DNA of 64,000 bases, taken from assembly GCF_009914755.1 (NCBI RefSeq), contig NC_060926.1; one strand, given 5' to 3'. Below the pieces are notes generated by a model. That model did no database searches and had not been told where the DNA came from. It saw only the letters and a list, made by a program, of their open reading frames with translations. The translations under genes were made by a program, and so were the position numbers. This DNA comes from the human T2T-CHM13v2.0 reference genome, Homo sapiens. Below are positions 13,306 to 27,984 of the stretch, one piece after another (positions within the stretch are counted from its first letter, which is position 1; each line of letters begins with the position of its first letter).

Positions 13306-16300
13306 GCAGTAGTTAATAGTTCCTATAATCTTAACAGTGACCAAATCCTCAGTAAGAATAACTTCTTGAGTGGATTTCTTATTTAAAAACTGCAGAAATA
13401 AATTTTAGTAGAGGAAGCAAACATTGCCTTTATTTACATAGCACTTTCCCCAAAGGAAGAAAGAAACATCCATTTTCATTTGTAGTCACCTTATTCATTT
13501 CCGAGTGGGCTTTGTATTTGGCATTAAACTCTTTCACATACCCACATCCACCTTCAAGATTTGGCCCATAAAAACTTAGGATAAAAACAAGTGGTTATTT
13601 TTTCTATAGCTATATTTGCTGGAACTACATGGAGGGCGAAAGTTGGGGTAGGGGTAAGAGAAGGCACTGATGCTATTTTTGGTATGCTCTCAAGAGAAAT
13701 TCCCCAGGTTACGAGTTCACACTAGGGGTTGGGGGTGGGGCACGGTTTACAAAAACAAAGTGCATTTACCAAGATTTGCAGCCGTAACAGGAAATCCTTT
13801 CTGACTCTTGATGGGATTTTTTCTTTTATATTAAAGTCTCCTCATATTATTCTTCAAAGAATTAAATAAGAAAAATGGAAAGGCACAATGGATGTAAATT
13901 CCAATTCTCAAATGATCTTCTGAAGCAAAGGATAATGTCTTACGTCAAACTGTGGCAAAAGCCTGGGTGTTCCTGATCTAATCTTGAACTAGGGTGTCCA
14001 CCCCAACCTTTGGAGGAATCCTAGGACATGTTTGCCAAAACATACGAGTGGAATTACAAATAGAGGATTGCTTGGGCTCAGTGGCCATCCTCATGCACAG
14101 AAAGAATCCCAGAAGGGATGCCGACTTCCCTGGACTGGGCTTACATCCAGACCTAGAAATCTAACAGCAGAATAAAGGCAAGACTCACTGACTGTAGAAA
14201 TAGACTTGGCCTGTTGGATGGGAGGTGGTATTTCTCAAAAGAGAAATAAAATCATACTAATCTCTCAGTATTCTTAAATTGGGAACTTGCAGACAAGAGA
14301 TAACCTAAAGATGTAGTTTATTGCATTTGACTCCATTCTGTATCTAAGGGTATTTTTTAAAAACCCAACATTGGTTTTCAGATTAGGCGTGCAATCTACT
14401 CATGAGGAAAGATGGTTTGCAAAGAGAAGATGGGCACATTTATGTGTGGAGAACAGGTTGACAAGATTCAAGTATATGGGACCTAATTTATTTAAAATTT
14501 TTATAAATGCTCTAAGTGGGAATACAAACTAAATCTTCATGTTGGCCCATGATGCTGTTTCTGAATATAATGCTGAATGATTTTATAGGCTTAAAAAAGT
14601 GAGAGACAAGAACTTTAAGGTGTATGAGCACAGGATAATGCATTTACGAAAAAATTTTATCTAGACTTAACACTTATGAGAAAGCCACATCAAAAGGAAA
14701 CTGAGCCAAGAATTTATAGGTTTTAAAAATAAGACACCTTTTAGATCATTTATTTCAATATACCCATTATACAGACAAGGAAACTGAGTTCTAGATGGTA
14801 ACCTACACGCTCTATTGGTGGTGCAGCCCATACCCTCTCCCAGCCTGCTCTTTCCACCAAATGTGACTGACGATACCAGCCAAAAAAGTTCCATGGCAAA
14901 AAAAAAAAAAAAGTCACCAAGAGGTCATATATCACCATCACCAAAGTTAATAGAAATAAACCAAAATGCATTCTCCTACCCTGTAAAACCACGAAATGCA
15001 GAGTGCAGCCCAGCCAACAGACCTCAAGGAGGGCAGAACCATGCCAAAGGGAGGTTCAGATGAGGATAACTGAAGTGAACACAGGCACACAAGTGCTTCT
15101 GTATTAGACTTCCGCTTTTCTCTAAGTAATGTTTTATCTCAAAAGACAAGGTTAATCAAAAATTTAAAATGTCTGAGGATATATATTAAATTTGCTAGTA
15201 CCAAAATGAGGGCTGGAGGTCTGGCAGAGAGAGCTCCCCTTTGAGTCTGGAATACAAACACTCTTCCATAAAGCATGCAGTAAACTTACAAAAAATATGA
15301 ATATGGTTTAGTTCAGACATCTGTTAATTGCCTTTGGGCCACACACCACCGCTGGTGCAAATAAAACTAAAACACAGGCACGTCTTTCTGGAGCTTAGAG
15401 TCTACTGGATAGGGCATGTTGCTACAACACAAAAAACTGCCATCATTGAGGTAGGCACGGGGAGGGGTGACGTGTGTGTACACTGCACATGTGCCACAGA
15501 GGGCTGGGGTGGTGACTGCCAGCAAGGCCTTTTTGAGCCTGAGTCTTGAAAAAGGAGAAATCAGCCAGACAATGAACACAGGAGGAGAAAGGGAATTCCA
15601 GGCAGAGGTACAGAAGGAGCAAAGGCAGAAAAGCACTGGGCGGTACCAGTGCAGTTTACGGGAGGTTCAGTTTTGCAAGAAAAGAATGTTTCAGGCAGGG
15701 GACAAGGCAAGGAGATGGGAAGGGAGTGAAGAAAGCTTTGACTCTGTTGGGTCATTACAAATGGCCAGCAGCCTGGTGAGCCCATGGAGCACTGTGGAAA
15801 GTTCCCTGGCTGCATGCTGACAGGAACTGAGTTCTGGGTCAAGACTCTGCCCTAAGGTGTCTAAATGACCTCAGGAACACACTGTATGACTCTGGATACC
15901 ACATGTAAAACAAGGTTCCCCATGTTCCAAGGGTGGGGGACTCCCTGGGATGGCCTATGCCTCCATATTTACAGACTCCCCACTGCTGTTTGGGATATAG
16001 AATCGACCCTGCCCTATCTCCACCCAGGGGGGCTGCGAGGAAGTGGGGCAGTAGTCAGGCTTGTAGAAATGCTTTGTAAACAGCAGGACTGTCATCAACA
16101 CTAGAACTCTGTATTAACTACCCTACAGAAGCTCAAAAGCATCTTCAGAAACTCGGGTACAACACTGTATAAAGATAGCGGAGAGCTCATCTTTCAATCT
16201 TGAGATACCAAACTTGTGATATGACATGGCCACTCCTTTAGAGTCAGGGATTTAAGCCCAGATCAAGAGGGAGCCATTGAATTTTATTAGGAGGGACCCA

Positions 16301-16439
16301 AGAAGACTTGGATTTGGGGCAGCAGGAGGAAAGTCACACCAGCAATAACATGGAAGAGAGTTAGAAGGGATGCAACATGAGGTGCACGACACTGTGCAGT
16401 AAGCACTAGGCATTCCCAGGCTGTCGATGATCGTCTCAG

Positions 16440-17060
<621 letters not shown>

Positions 17061-17664
17061 GCTCTAAAGCAAGGCAAGGCCAGCGTGACTAGAGCGGACC
17101 TTTGTGGAATTTCACAGCATGAAGAAGCAACAGGATCTGGTGACAGCCTGCATGTGGGCAGTGCGGGAGCCTGGCATCACCGTGAGACCCCTGCTCCAAC
17201 ATCTCCATGAACGGTGGAACCACTGCCAAAAAAAAACGGACAAATATTCGCTAACAATGAAGCGGATATGGGGTGGGTGGTGAAAACTAAAATCAATTTT
17301 GGATTTATTTTGGGGTGTTTTTTTGGCCTAAAGGGCACGGGTAAGCGCACCAGACTGCAGGTAACTGATTGGAACACAGGAGCATGCTCAAGCTAGCTTA
17401 ACATGCCAATCTGGGACTCGCTTCATATTGGTGAGAGTCGAAGCTGTGGGAACATGGTTCACCCAAATACACAGAGCACAAAAGGGATGACAGCGAACCC
17501 TGGGTAACCCCAAGAGGTAGCAGAGATGCCAGGGAGGAATAAGGAAAACCAGAAGGTGGCAACCAGGGATGGAAAAAAAAAAAAAAACCATCAGAAAGGA
17601 ATAGAAGAACCTCATCAAATGCCACGGAGAAACCTAGTGGGTATCCATAAGATTGCTTGTTCAG

Positions 17665-17891
17665 ATGAGAACACAGGGACACAGGGAGGGAAACATCACA
17701 CACTGGGGCCTGTGGTGGGGGGCGGGGAGTGAGGTAGGGGAGGGATAGCATTAGGAGAAATACCTAATGTGATGGGTTGATGGGTGCAGCAAACCACCAT
17801 GGCACGTGTATACCTATGTAACAAACCTGCACGTTCTGCACATGTACCCCAGAGCTTAAAGCATATTAATAAAAATTAAAAAAAAAAAAAA
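17665..17891 (+). mobile_element. 5'-truncated L1PA (L1PA7/8-like) 3' end
   Basis: L1PA 3'UTR text, poly(A), and a perfect 16-bp TSD aagattgcttgttcag at 17649-17664 and 17892-17907. Confidence 0.93.
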
Positions 17892-19724
17892 AAGATTGCT
17901 TGTTCAGGAAGTCACAGGCCTTGAACTTTGAGGAGACTCTGGCCAGCTTGCAAAGAGCTGAACAGGAAGGGCAGACCAGTTTAAGAAGCCTGGAGAGACG
18001 TGGTTGTCACTACAGGTGAGCTGAGGATGCAGGGACAAGGGAGGTTAAGGCATTCTTAAAATACTACTAAAAAAGAAAAAAGCTCACAGGGAGAGACTGA
18101 AGATAAAAGTAAGAAAAGGGAGTAACACTCACAAGGAGAGAGAGGCACTGGGAGTTGGGATTCAGGACACAGCTGGAGACATTAGTCACTGCCCCAAGGA
18201 GGCCATCTCTCTATATTTCTCTAAGTTCTCAGTCTAACTTGATTTTTCTTTATAATTCTACCTTATTCATTTATCATACATTTTACAACATATTATGTTT
18301 GCTTTTAGTTGGTTTTCTCCCACAAGAATGACAGTTTCAAGCGAGCAAGGATCTGCTCTATTTACCACCTATGAGTATCCAACAAAGTACCCAGACACAG
18401 TAGATGCTTAAGAAGATTTATTGGATGACTGGGTAAACACAGAAAAGTCTGTACAGGGGAGATGGGGGAGGACGTGAGGAGATACTTATGACCTCTATTC
18501 TCCTGGTAGAATGGGCTACAAAGTCACCTGCCAAACCCGCAAGAGGAAAAGCATTGGAGATCGCTTGCATTGAAGATTACAGTGGGAGTCCGGTTTGCAA
18601 CCCGGAAGGAAGGAGCTTGCGGGTTGGAGGCACTAAGAGTTTTCAGAAGTTGAGCATCTCAAGAGAGGGCAAGACTTGGAGGTACTTAGAGGACTTGGTA
18701 GCTGGAGTACATGGAAGACACTGGATTTGAGACAGTCAAGGAAGTGCGCATCTAGAGCGTCCCCCACATGGACTTTAGGTCTAGAGGAGGAGAAATAGCC
18801 CAAGAGCCAAAGTCCCCATGCGATGGGAAAAGAACTGGCTGGAAGAGGACAGCAAGGCTGAGATGCACCCAGGGACGTGGCCAGGTCACCACCTCATTTC
18901 CAACTCTACCACCTCAAACAATCTCTGACTGGTATTTAATCACCCTTGTGTGGAAGTGAAAATTAGCTTTTTTTGGAGACAGTACTTTTAAAATTAAACT
19001 AATATGAAGTTCATGGGACACGGAAATTTTCTGCATAGATTCATTTTTGTTTTTAGAATAAAATACGATGACATTTTCATGACCTTCAGTAATTGCCCTG
19101 CATGGTACGATATTTTCAAACATTATTTTAACAAAGAATCAAAATTTGGGGGTTAAAAGAAACCTTAGATTACTCAGGTTAGTACCTTCATTTGCATAGC
19201 CAAAAATTTTTCTATTGAAATACTGCAAATAGCAAATAAGTACTGATTTAGACCTTCAGATAGTGTTGAAACTGTCTTCAATTTTCGAAGTGTGGTTTAG
19301 GATATACAAATTAGCAATGTTGACAATTCTTCCAGTTATCTGTGCTCAAGTTTTGATATAAAATCTTCAAAGTACACAATTATCACATATATTGTTCCAC
19401 AACAATTCAGACAAATAAACGGCTTCTTGGCTTGAAAGAGGAAGTCACACCTTCGAACACCTTTTTATGCTGATGCTAAATATAAGAACGTCCCCTGCAA
19501 AGTAGCCAAAGCAAGACAGCAGCATTCGAGATTTCTCCAGAGACACACACACAAAGAATGTGTTTCGTTCATTAAAACACTAAAACCTTCAACAGCATCT
19601 TCCATAATACCTGAAGGTGGAGTGCTGTCTTATGTAATAGAAGCCTTCCTTCCCCGCTCAGTTTGTGGACACATTAAATGCCTAATTCCTTCCAGAATTT
19701 CTGAGTACCGTACTTTCATTTTAC

Positions 19725-19738
19725 CTGCAGTCACTCAT
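19725..19738 (-). CDS. SERPINE2: Coding start of SERPINE2 alternative first exon (M-S-D-C-R..., N-terminally extended isoform)
   Basis: Minus strand reads ATG AGT GAC TGC AG|GTAAAA. Joined to exon 2 as recalled (GTCGTCCTTGGTGGAAGGAACCATG, outside window) it gives MSDCRSSLVEGTM. Confidence 0.8.
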
Positions 19739-19870
19739 CCGCCTCGCAACTCCCGTTTCTACAGATGATGAAAATAGCAAAGACCTGCTCGCTCGGGTTA
19801 AATCGGCTGCCAGAGGCCAAGTTAAAGGCTTTCCCCACACCGCGCGTCACCTCCCTCTGCCCAGGCAGAG
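19725..19870 (-). other. SERPINE2: SERPINE2 alternative first exon (1b); 5' end approximate
   Basis: Donor CAG|GTAAAA at 19725/19724; lies at the CpG-island edge; no other minus-strand ATG in 19739-19874. Confidence 0.7.
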
Positions 19871-20333
19871 GTAACAAGTAAGAGTGCGCCAGTCTCTCCC
19901 CATCCGGCGGCGCGCAGCCTAAGTCCGGGGTAGGGGTTGCCGGCGAGCAGCTGGAAACCTCAGGTTCAGGGTCAGGGCCGGCTCGGATGGCCGGGCAGGA
20001 GCCACGCCGGCCCCGGTGCTCCCAGCTGCGGGTATCACTGGACGCCACCCCGGGGCGGCCCCGCCTTGCCCTGCCCGGGTCCCGCTCGGGGCTCCCGGCG
20101 GGCGGGACCGGGATGCCCGGCGAGCACCCAGCCCCGGCCAAGGCGGCCCGCGGGAGGCTGAGAAAGTTCTCTGCTCCCCGACGTCGGCGCCCCAGGGTCC
20201 CGCTGGCCCCGCAGCTTCCCGGCCGGGCGCAAGGTCAGGGAGCAGGGCCGGTGGCGCGCGGAGCCCCGGGGAGCGTCCCCCGCCGAGGGCAGCGCCGGCC
20301 GCGCCCGGGACTCACCGCGCAGCCTGTACTCAC

Positions 20334-20521
20334 CGCGCTCGCTGGATCCCCAGGGGGCGGCCGCGGAGGGCGGTGCGGCCGCAACCGGAGCGGGAGCCTG
20401 GTCTCGGCGGCGCGGGGAGTCGGAGGACGCAGCCAAGCGGCGGCGGCGAGGAGGGTCACAGCCGGAAAGAGGCAGCGGTGGCGCCTGCAGACGCCGCGCA
20501 GCCCGGGCAGCCCCACAGCGC
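20334..20521 (-). other. SERPINE2: SERPINE2 non-coding exon 1a (5'UTR); TSS approximate
   Basis: Minus strand GCGCTGTGGGGCTGCCC...GGGGATCCAGCGAGCGCG|GTGAGT matches the SERPINE2 mRNA 5'UTR as recalled; no ATG; starts ~27 nt below GATAAA. Confidence 0.85.
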
Positions 20522-20547
20522 AAGCTGGCTGCCGCGGCGGCGGGGGC

Positions 20548-20620
20548 TTTATCGGCGGCGCCGCGCGGGCCCCCGCCCCTTCCTGCCGCCCCCGCCCCCG
20601 GCCCGCCTTGCCCCGCCTTC
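20548..20620 (-). promoter_or_regulatory. Core promoter: GATAAA TATA-like box plus clustered GC boxes (Sp/KLF)
   Basis: tttatc at 20548-20553 is the only AT-rich spot locally; repeated ccgccc motifs at 20571-20617. Confidence 0.8.
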
Positions 20621-20803
20621 CCGCCGCCTCCTTTGTGTGGCCGCGGGCCGCAGCGTCCCCGCGCCCGGCCTCCAGGACGCCCCCTCTCCGCCTGCGACTT
20701 CTCGGATGCCGCCCCGCCAGGGGTCCGTGTCGTGGGGCTGCGCCCGGAACGCGCCGGGGAGACGCGCAGACCCCGAGGTGCGGCGCCAGCCCGGGCCCAG
20801 CTG

Positions 20804-20809
20804 CACGTG
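20804..20809. promoter_or_regulatory. CACGTG E-box in the upstream promoter
   Basis: ctgCACGTGgg, ~285 bp upstream of the TSS; occupancy unknown. Confidence 0.4.
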
Positions 20810-21724
20810 GGTCTCCCGGATGGGGGTGTGTGAGGTGGCGGGGGGAATACCAGGGCTCGTACCGCGTCCCTGAGACGCAGGGCATGTCGTCTTGGCTGCC
20901 CCCTGGAAGAGACAGAGGGCGCCCTGAGACAGCGCTCAGTCCTCCGGGTGATGGGGAAACGGTGCCAGGACGCGGCCGGGAAGGGGCAGATAACCCCTCG
21001 AGGCGTTTTGCAGGGTGTCCTAGAGCTGACTTCTCCCTGCCTAGGGGACAGAGGAACGGCGGCAAGTCGCCTTAGGCAAATACAGACGAGGGGAACCAGA
21101 AAACTGGATTCCCGGCTATGGTGATAGCATGAGGTACCCGCAGCGTCCTGGGAACCCAGCCCTTCTCAGCCGGTAACCACTGCTGCTGGGACCCGGTGCG
21201 CGATAGACAGGCACATACCCCAGGGGCCTGCAACAAATGACCGTCCCGCTCCGGGCTCTGTTACCTGGACCTCTCTTAGTTGGTTCCTCCTTTGCCTCTA
21301 GTTAGGTTTCTGGGGACCCAAGGACCCAACTTTAATGACAGTAATTTATGTAGCCGTTAGTGTAGAATCGTCGCTAGCAGGCAGACGGCCCCAACAGCGA
21401 GGAAGAAATGTAAATCTCCCTATACACAGCCCTGGATTAAGGGTACAGCTACTGATGAGAGCCACTTGGAAGATCAGCCTGCAGTCACCCCTTGGCATGC
21501 AGGTGGCCGTGCCAGAGTGTGCACGTGTGTGTTGGGGAAGGGGTTGCTCTGAAAAGTGTAAAATCTGGACCAGCCTAAGGGTGTTCTCAGTCTCTCATAG
21601 AGGGAAACAGGCTATGGGAGGCTTGGTCCTAAAATAAGGAGCAAACAGTCTACAAAAATGAGCATCTGTTTAATTATTTTACAGTCATACCAAATATTTA
21701 TATTCAGTTACAGGGTAACTTTCT

Positions 21725-22085
21725 TATTCTCTGTGCCTGAAATGCTTTTTGTCCCAGGATCTTCTATGTTGTCTGCATCCTTACACTTGAGGTCACAACT
21801 CAAATGTCCTCTCCCCTAGGAAGCCTCCCCTGACCACTTGAGATAAAGTCACTTTATCCCCTCTAACCTATGACTTCCTTCATAACCCTCATCATGAATT
21901 GATTTTTTTTTTACCTTGTTTCTTGCTAGTTTTCTTCTACTCTCTCTCATTGGAATATACTCCCAGAGACCAGGGAAGAGAAACTAATTTCAATATTGTT
22001 TCCAACTCACTCTATCCCTAGTGCCTAGAGCCATACCACACATATAGCAGTTACTCAATAAATTTTGTTGACAAGTGGATGAACT
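21725..22085 (+). mobile_element. L2 3' fragment
   Basis: aactcaaatgtcctctcccctaggaagcctcccctgacc...agtgcctagagc...actcaataaattttgttga. Confidence 0.65.
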
Positions 22086-22371
22086 ACTAGCCAAGTGACT
22101 TTTAGACATGCTAAGAACTGTTTCAGTGACAGTATTGTGCTTGGTCCAGTCAGGGCGGTGTGGGCTGGAGCTGGGAACAATTCAAAGGAGGGGGGAAAGC
22201 CCACAGGTGTGAATGAGCTCGTTCAGTGTGTTTGAAAAGCTGGGAGTATCCTCTTCCAGATGGAAGGGAGTCATTCAAGAAACTACTGGAGAAATAACTG
22301 GGAAATGTGGGTGAAGCCAGATTATTATGAAAATGTGCCAGAATCCCTGCATCCATTTCTGTCTCAATCAC

Positions 22372-22535
22372 ATTTCTAAATTAAAATTTGTAATAGAGGT
22401 AATTGTAGGCTGGCATGCAGTTGTTAAGAAATGATTCAGAGAGGTCTCTTTTACACTTTGCCAAGTCTTCCTCATGGTAACATTTTGCAAAACCATTGTA
22501 TAATATCACAATCAGGATATTAACATTGATACGTT
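22372..22535 (-). mobile_element. Old L1M 3'-end fragment
   Basis: gcatgcagttgttaagaaatgattcagagagg...taacattttgcaaaaccattgtataatatcacaatcaggatattaacattgatac. Confidence 0.6.
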
Positions 22536-24719
22536 GATTCCTATCTCACACACTTTGGTTAATTATGTGTAACTTTAAATTTTTACTAAAGTTACTCAAA
22601 CCAGTGAGAGAAATGCACAAAATTACTATTTTGAAGAGTTTCAGTCTCTTGTCTTGAAGGAGCCAATGTTTTTCAAGAAAAAACAACAACAAGCCTTTTT
22701 TGCTTTCCCAATTAGAGTGTAAATAGGGTCCAAATTCTTCATCTATGAAAGACGTTAGAAGTCCTTAGGACTTACCTCTTTGGGTTACACTTTAATGACT
22801 GACATTTACTTCCCCATTCTTTCCTGTAGTGTTGAAGGAACATTTTGAGCAATACTGTACGTGACTTGTCAATTCTGAAATCACAGTGGATGCAGTGCTA
22901 ACTAATATGCTAAAGTAAGCCTAGACACTAATGTTCCCTTCTCTCTCGCTAGACATGCGATGAGGCCAACGATGAGGTCTCCCAAAGGAAAGTGATTCAA
23001 GACAAAGACCCATTCTGCCAGTGGGATATGCTGGGAATACCAACTATACTTGTTACTGAGTGTGCATGGCTGGTGTTGGCCAGCCTTCCTGATGCCAGCA
23101 AGAGGAGACAGAAGTAATGACCCAAGCTACACTTTCCATGACACTCAAATGGCCAGGCTCTTTGACACCCACCGTGAGGGGCTGTTCCAAAGATGTTGTG
23201 TTCCTACCTCAGTTGGTCCCCACAAGCAGCAGGTTCCTCCTCCAGTATTCTCCAATATTTGACCCTTTTTGAGATGCATTTCTCATAGATGTGTACTTCC
23301 AATCCACATTTCCTTCCTACCTCTACCTCGGTTTTGTTTGAGAAATCCAAATCATTTAACACTTCTACCTGCTGTTTCTTTGTGACTTCACATTCACAGT
23401 GAAATTTCATTTTGTCCTGCAATTGTGTGGCTTGCCTTAATCCGCAAATAGAGCTTCAAATTGTTTATTCCTTTGACCTGGAGTTTAGCCAGCTCCAGCT
23501 AGGCTCTGAGTTTGGCTTTGTGTCCATAAGCCACAGTTGGGAGAAATGCAAGAACTGCCCAAACAGAATAAAACAAATGATCTATTTAGTCTTGTTTCCT
23601 CTCTTGGAAGAAGTCCAGCGTTGAGTGCCTTGGAATAAATGAAAATCCCCCACCCCACCTCCACTGCTCTCCCATGCACCCAAACAGTATGACCTTGTGT
23701 TTAAGTAAAAACCGTCCTTAGCTCCCAGTGGGATGATGGTGTTTTGTCTGGAAGACTGACGGATGTTATGATAATAAGATAATGGATACTCACTTCTCTC
23801 CTATCTAACCCCTATTTAAAAGACATTACACCGTAACAGTGCTTGTTACGCAATATTATAGTTGCAAATGTTGTTATGGAAGATTGTTTCAACCAGGGGA
23901 AAAGAGACTGGTAATAACAGTACACTTATACAATTAGTTTCTGAAACTGTTGCATTGCTTTGGGGTTTTTTTTTTTAGCTTAGAAAAGACATTTATCTTT
24001 TTATTTCCCTTTAAAGTTGGCTTTCAAATAAATTCAATTTCCTCTTTCTGTAACTTCTGAAACAGATTAAACCAGAGCATCAGTTTGCACTTTGCTATTG
24101 TCGTCACTAGTTTTCACCAAGAGCTTCAGAGAAAAGACATTACTAAGTGCTGGGCTGGGTATTATTTTCTACTTATATGTGACCAAATAGGATGTAACAG
24201 CCAGGTTCTGAGAGTCGTTGTGATACTGACCCCTTCAAACAACAGCCCAGCTGCTCTCCTTCCTTTTACCACCAAACAATAGATGCTGCCTCCCTTTTTC
24301 CATGGGTCTCTTCGGTCAATCTTCTTACCCCATCATCGGGCTCCCCTCCTTTTCTTCCTCGCTTCCTCGGGCCCTCCTTCTCTCCCAAATGTTACCAATA
24401 GCTTCCAATGGCAACCCCAGTAGTTTTTCAACATTCTTTATCACCTTTGAGTCCTTGGCAGGATTTCACTCTCATATGTGTGCCCATTTTTTGGAAACTC
24501 CTTTGCCTATTTTCTCTCTTCCTATGCCTTAACTTGCCTTTATCCTTTTTCCATCAAATCTTCCAACAGGTGGGCACCATGCAGTTGACTGTCCTCAGCT
24601 CCCTCCTCTTTTCTCCACACTCTCTCCCAGTGGAACGAACATTGATTTATCTGTGGCCACCAACACTTGTTCCCCTCCTCACCTTTTGATAGTGGAAACA
24701 CCTCTTCTATTTTATGCAG

Positions 24720-25030
24720 CATTTTGTTGGGAAGGAAATCAAGGTATCCTTACTTTCACTAGCCAAGGGATGGGCATATGACCAAGCTCACTGGATTCCC
24801 TCCCAGTTCTTTGAATCTTGAAAAGAATGAAAAAGTAATTGCAGCTGACTTATCTCAGCTTGATGAATGATGAATTTGTGAGTTCTTCCTACCCGGACCT
24901 CAGAGCTGCCATAGACCCTGTCCCGTCTGAGCAGAGGTCCACAGTGAACTCTGTTTCTGTGAGACTTTTCTACTTGTTAGCCAGATTCAGTTTCTGTTGC
25001 CAGCAACCTAGGATGCCTAACTGACATACC
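24720..25030 (+). mobile_element. MLT1K-like LTR fragment
   Basis: gggatgggcatatgaccaagct...tttctgttgccagcaacctaggatgcctaactgacata. Confidence 0.55.
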
Positions 25031-25293
25031 TTAAATGTCTGTAACTTTGCTTAGTTCTGGATGAATTCTAAGCCCATATCTACAGATGGCCTTGGCCACC
25101 ATCCCAAGGTACCACTCATCTATCTCCAAGTGCCTGGCAGACACCTCCACTTAATATCCCACCATCACCTCCCACCTAACAAGTCAAACCCACTTATTAT
25201 CTTCATCCCCCAACCAGTTCTTCCTCCTGTGTTCCATGTGTTTTACAGACATGACTTCCATCTCAGTCACCAAAGCACAAAGATGGGAATGAA

Positions 25294-25365
25294 TTCTTTC
25301 TTTCTTTCTTCTTTCCTTCCTTCCTTCCTTCCTTCCTTCCTTTTTCTTTCTTTCCCTCTTTCTTT

Positions 25366-25424
<59 letters not shown>

Positions 25425-25465
25425 CTTTCTTTCTTTTTCCCTCCTTCCTTCCTTCCTTTCTTTTT
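25294..25465. repeat. Compound (TTTC)n/(TTCC)n pure-pyrimidine microsatellite at an Alu tail
   Basis: 172 consecutive pyrimidines abutting the minus-strand Alu. Confidence 0.95.
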
Positions 25466-25809
<344 letters not shown>

Positions 25810-26044
25810 TAAATTTTTTCCCCCAAGTCCCTCTGAGTCACCCCTCTTCCATTTTTTCAAGTCAGTTCAAACTCTTACCACTCCAATAGCACCCTAACTA
25901 TTCTCTCAGCTTCCAGATTCTATCTGTAACTGCCAGCTTAGTCTTTCTAAAGTGCTTTTTCGGTCATGCCACTCCCCAGCTTAAAATAATTCCACTGTTC
26001 ATCACGAAGGTTCCGATTCCTTGGTTTAGTCAGTCTTCTGTAGA

Positions 26045-26265
26045 GGTTATGAACACAGGCTCTGAAGTTAGATTGCCTGTGTTCAAATCCCAGTCTCATC
26101 ACTACGCAATTTTTTTCAAGTAATTTAACCTGTGAGCCTCAGTGTCCATTTTGTAAAATGGGGGATAATAATAGAATAACCCACTCATAGGGCTATGTGA
26201 GGATTGTGTAGTTAATTCATGAAAAGAACTGAGTATTTGACACATAAATGCTTAATAAAAATTTA
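26045..26265 (+). mobile_element. MIR
   Basis: ggctctgaagttagattgcctgtgttcaaatcccag...gagcctcagtgtccattttgtaaaatgggggataataatag. Confidence 0.75.
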
Positions 26266-26468
26266 CTACAATGAAAGCTCTCTACAATTTAACCCCAACC
26301 CACCTTTCTTGCATTATCTTTTCATTTTCTCTATGTTCTTAAAGGCTTTCCCAATCAGAATTACTCACCTATATCAAAATTGTATTTTTTATGTCATCAT
26401 GCCATTGTTTAAACCATTCTCTCTGACCTGAATACCCTTTTCTTACTCCACCTGTATCAGTTATCTAG

Positions 26469-26804
<336 letters not shown>

Positions 26805-27251
26805 TAATGGCTTAAAATAACAACCATTTTATTTGTTTGTGATGGTATGGGTTGGATGGGCATGGTTTGGCTGGGATGGTTCACTCTGCTCCACCTCCTG
26901 TTGTCTGACCTCACTCTTGCAGCCGTAGGACTCCAGGTGGCCTCACTCATGCATGTGGACTCTCAGAGAGAAGGGCTGGAACCCTCAGTCTTCTCTCTCT
27001 AGTTTTTCATCTTCACGGGCCTTTTTCACCTTGTTATATTTCAAGCTCTAAGGCTTTCCTACATGGTTTTTCCAGCAGTAGTCAGGCTTTATAGGATGGC
27101 TGAGGACTTCAAGGTGGGGAAAACAGAAGCCTCAAGTTCTATGAAGGATTAGCCTTGGATCTGGCACAATACCACTTCTGCGGTCACAATTCAGAGCAGG
27201 TCACAGGGCTATCTCAGATTCAAGAAGTGGACTCTACCTCTTGATGAGAGG

Positions 27252-27984
<733 letters not shown>

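Larger units (their letters stand above)
19850..21260. promoter_or_regulatory. SERPINE2: CpG island / SERPINE2 promoter
   Basis: Very GC- and CpG-dense block against a CpG-depleted background. Confidence 0.95.

Noticed and set aside
19987-21075. Long overlapping ORFs (362, 285 and 276 aa) on both strands
   Set aside because: Low-complexity Arg/Pro/Gly/Ala translations expected from stop-poor CpG-island DNA; no recognisable domain.
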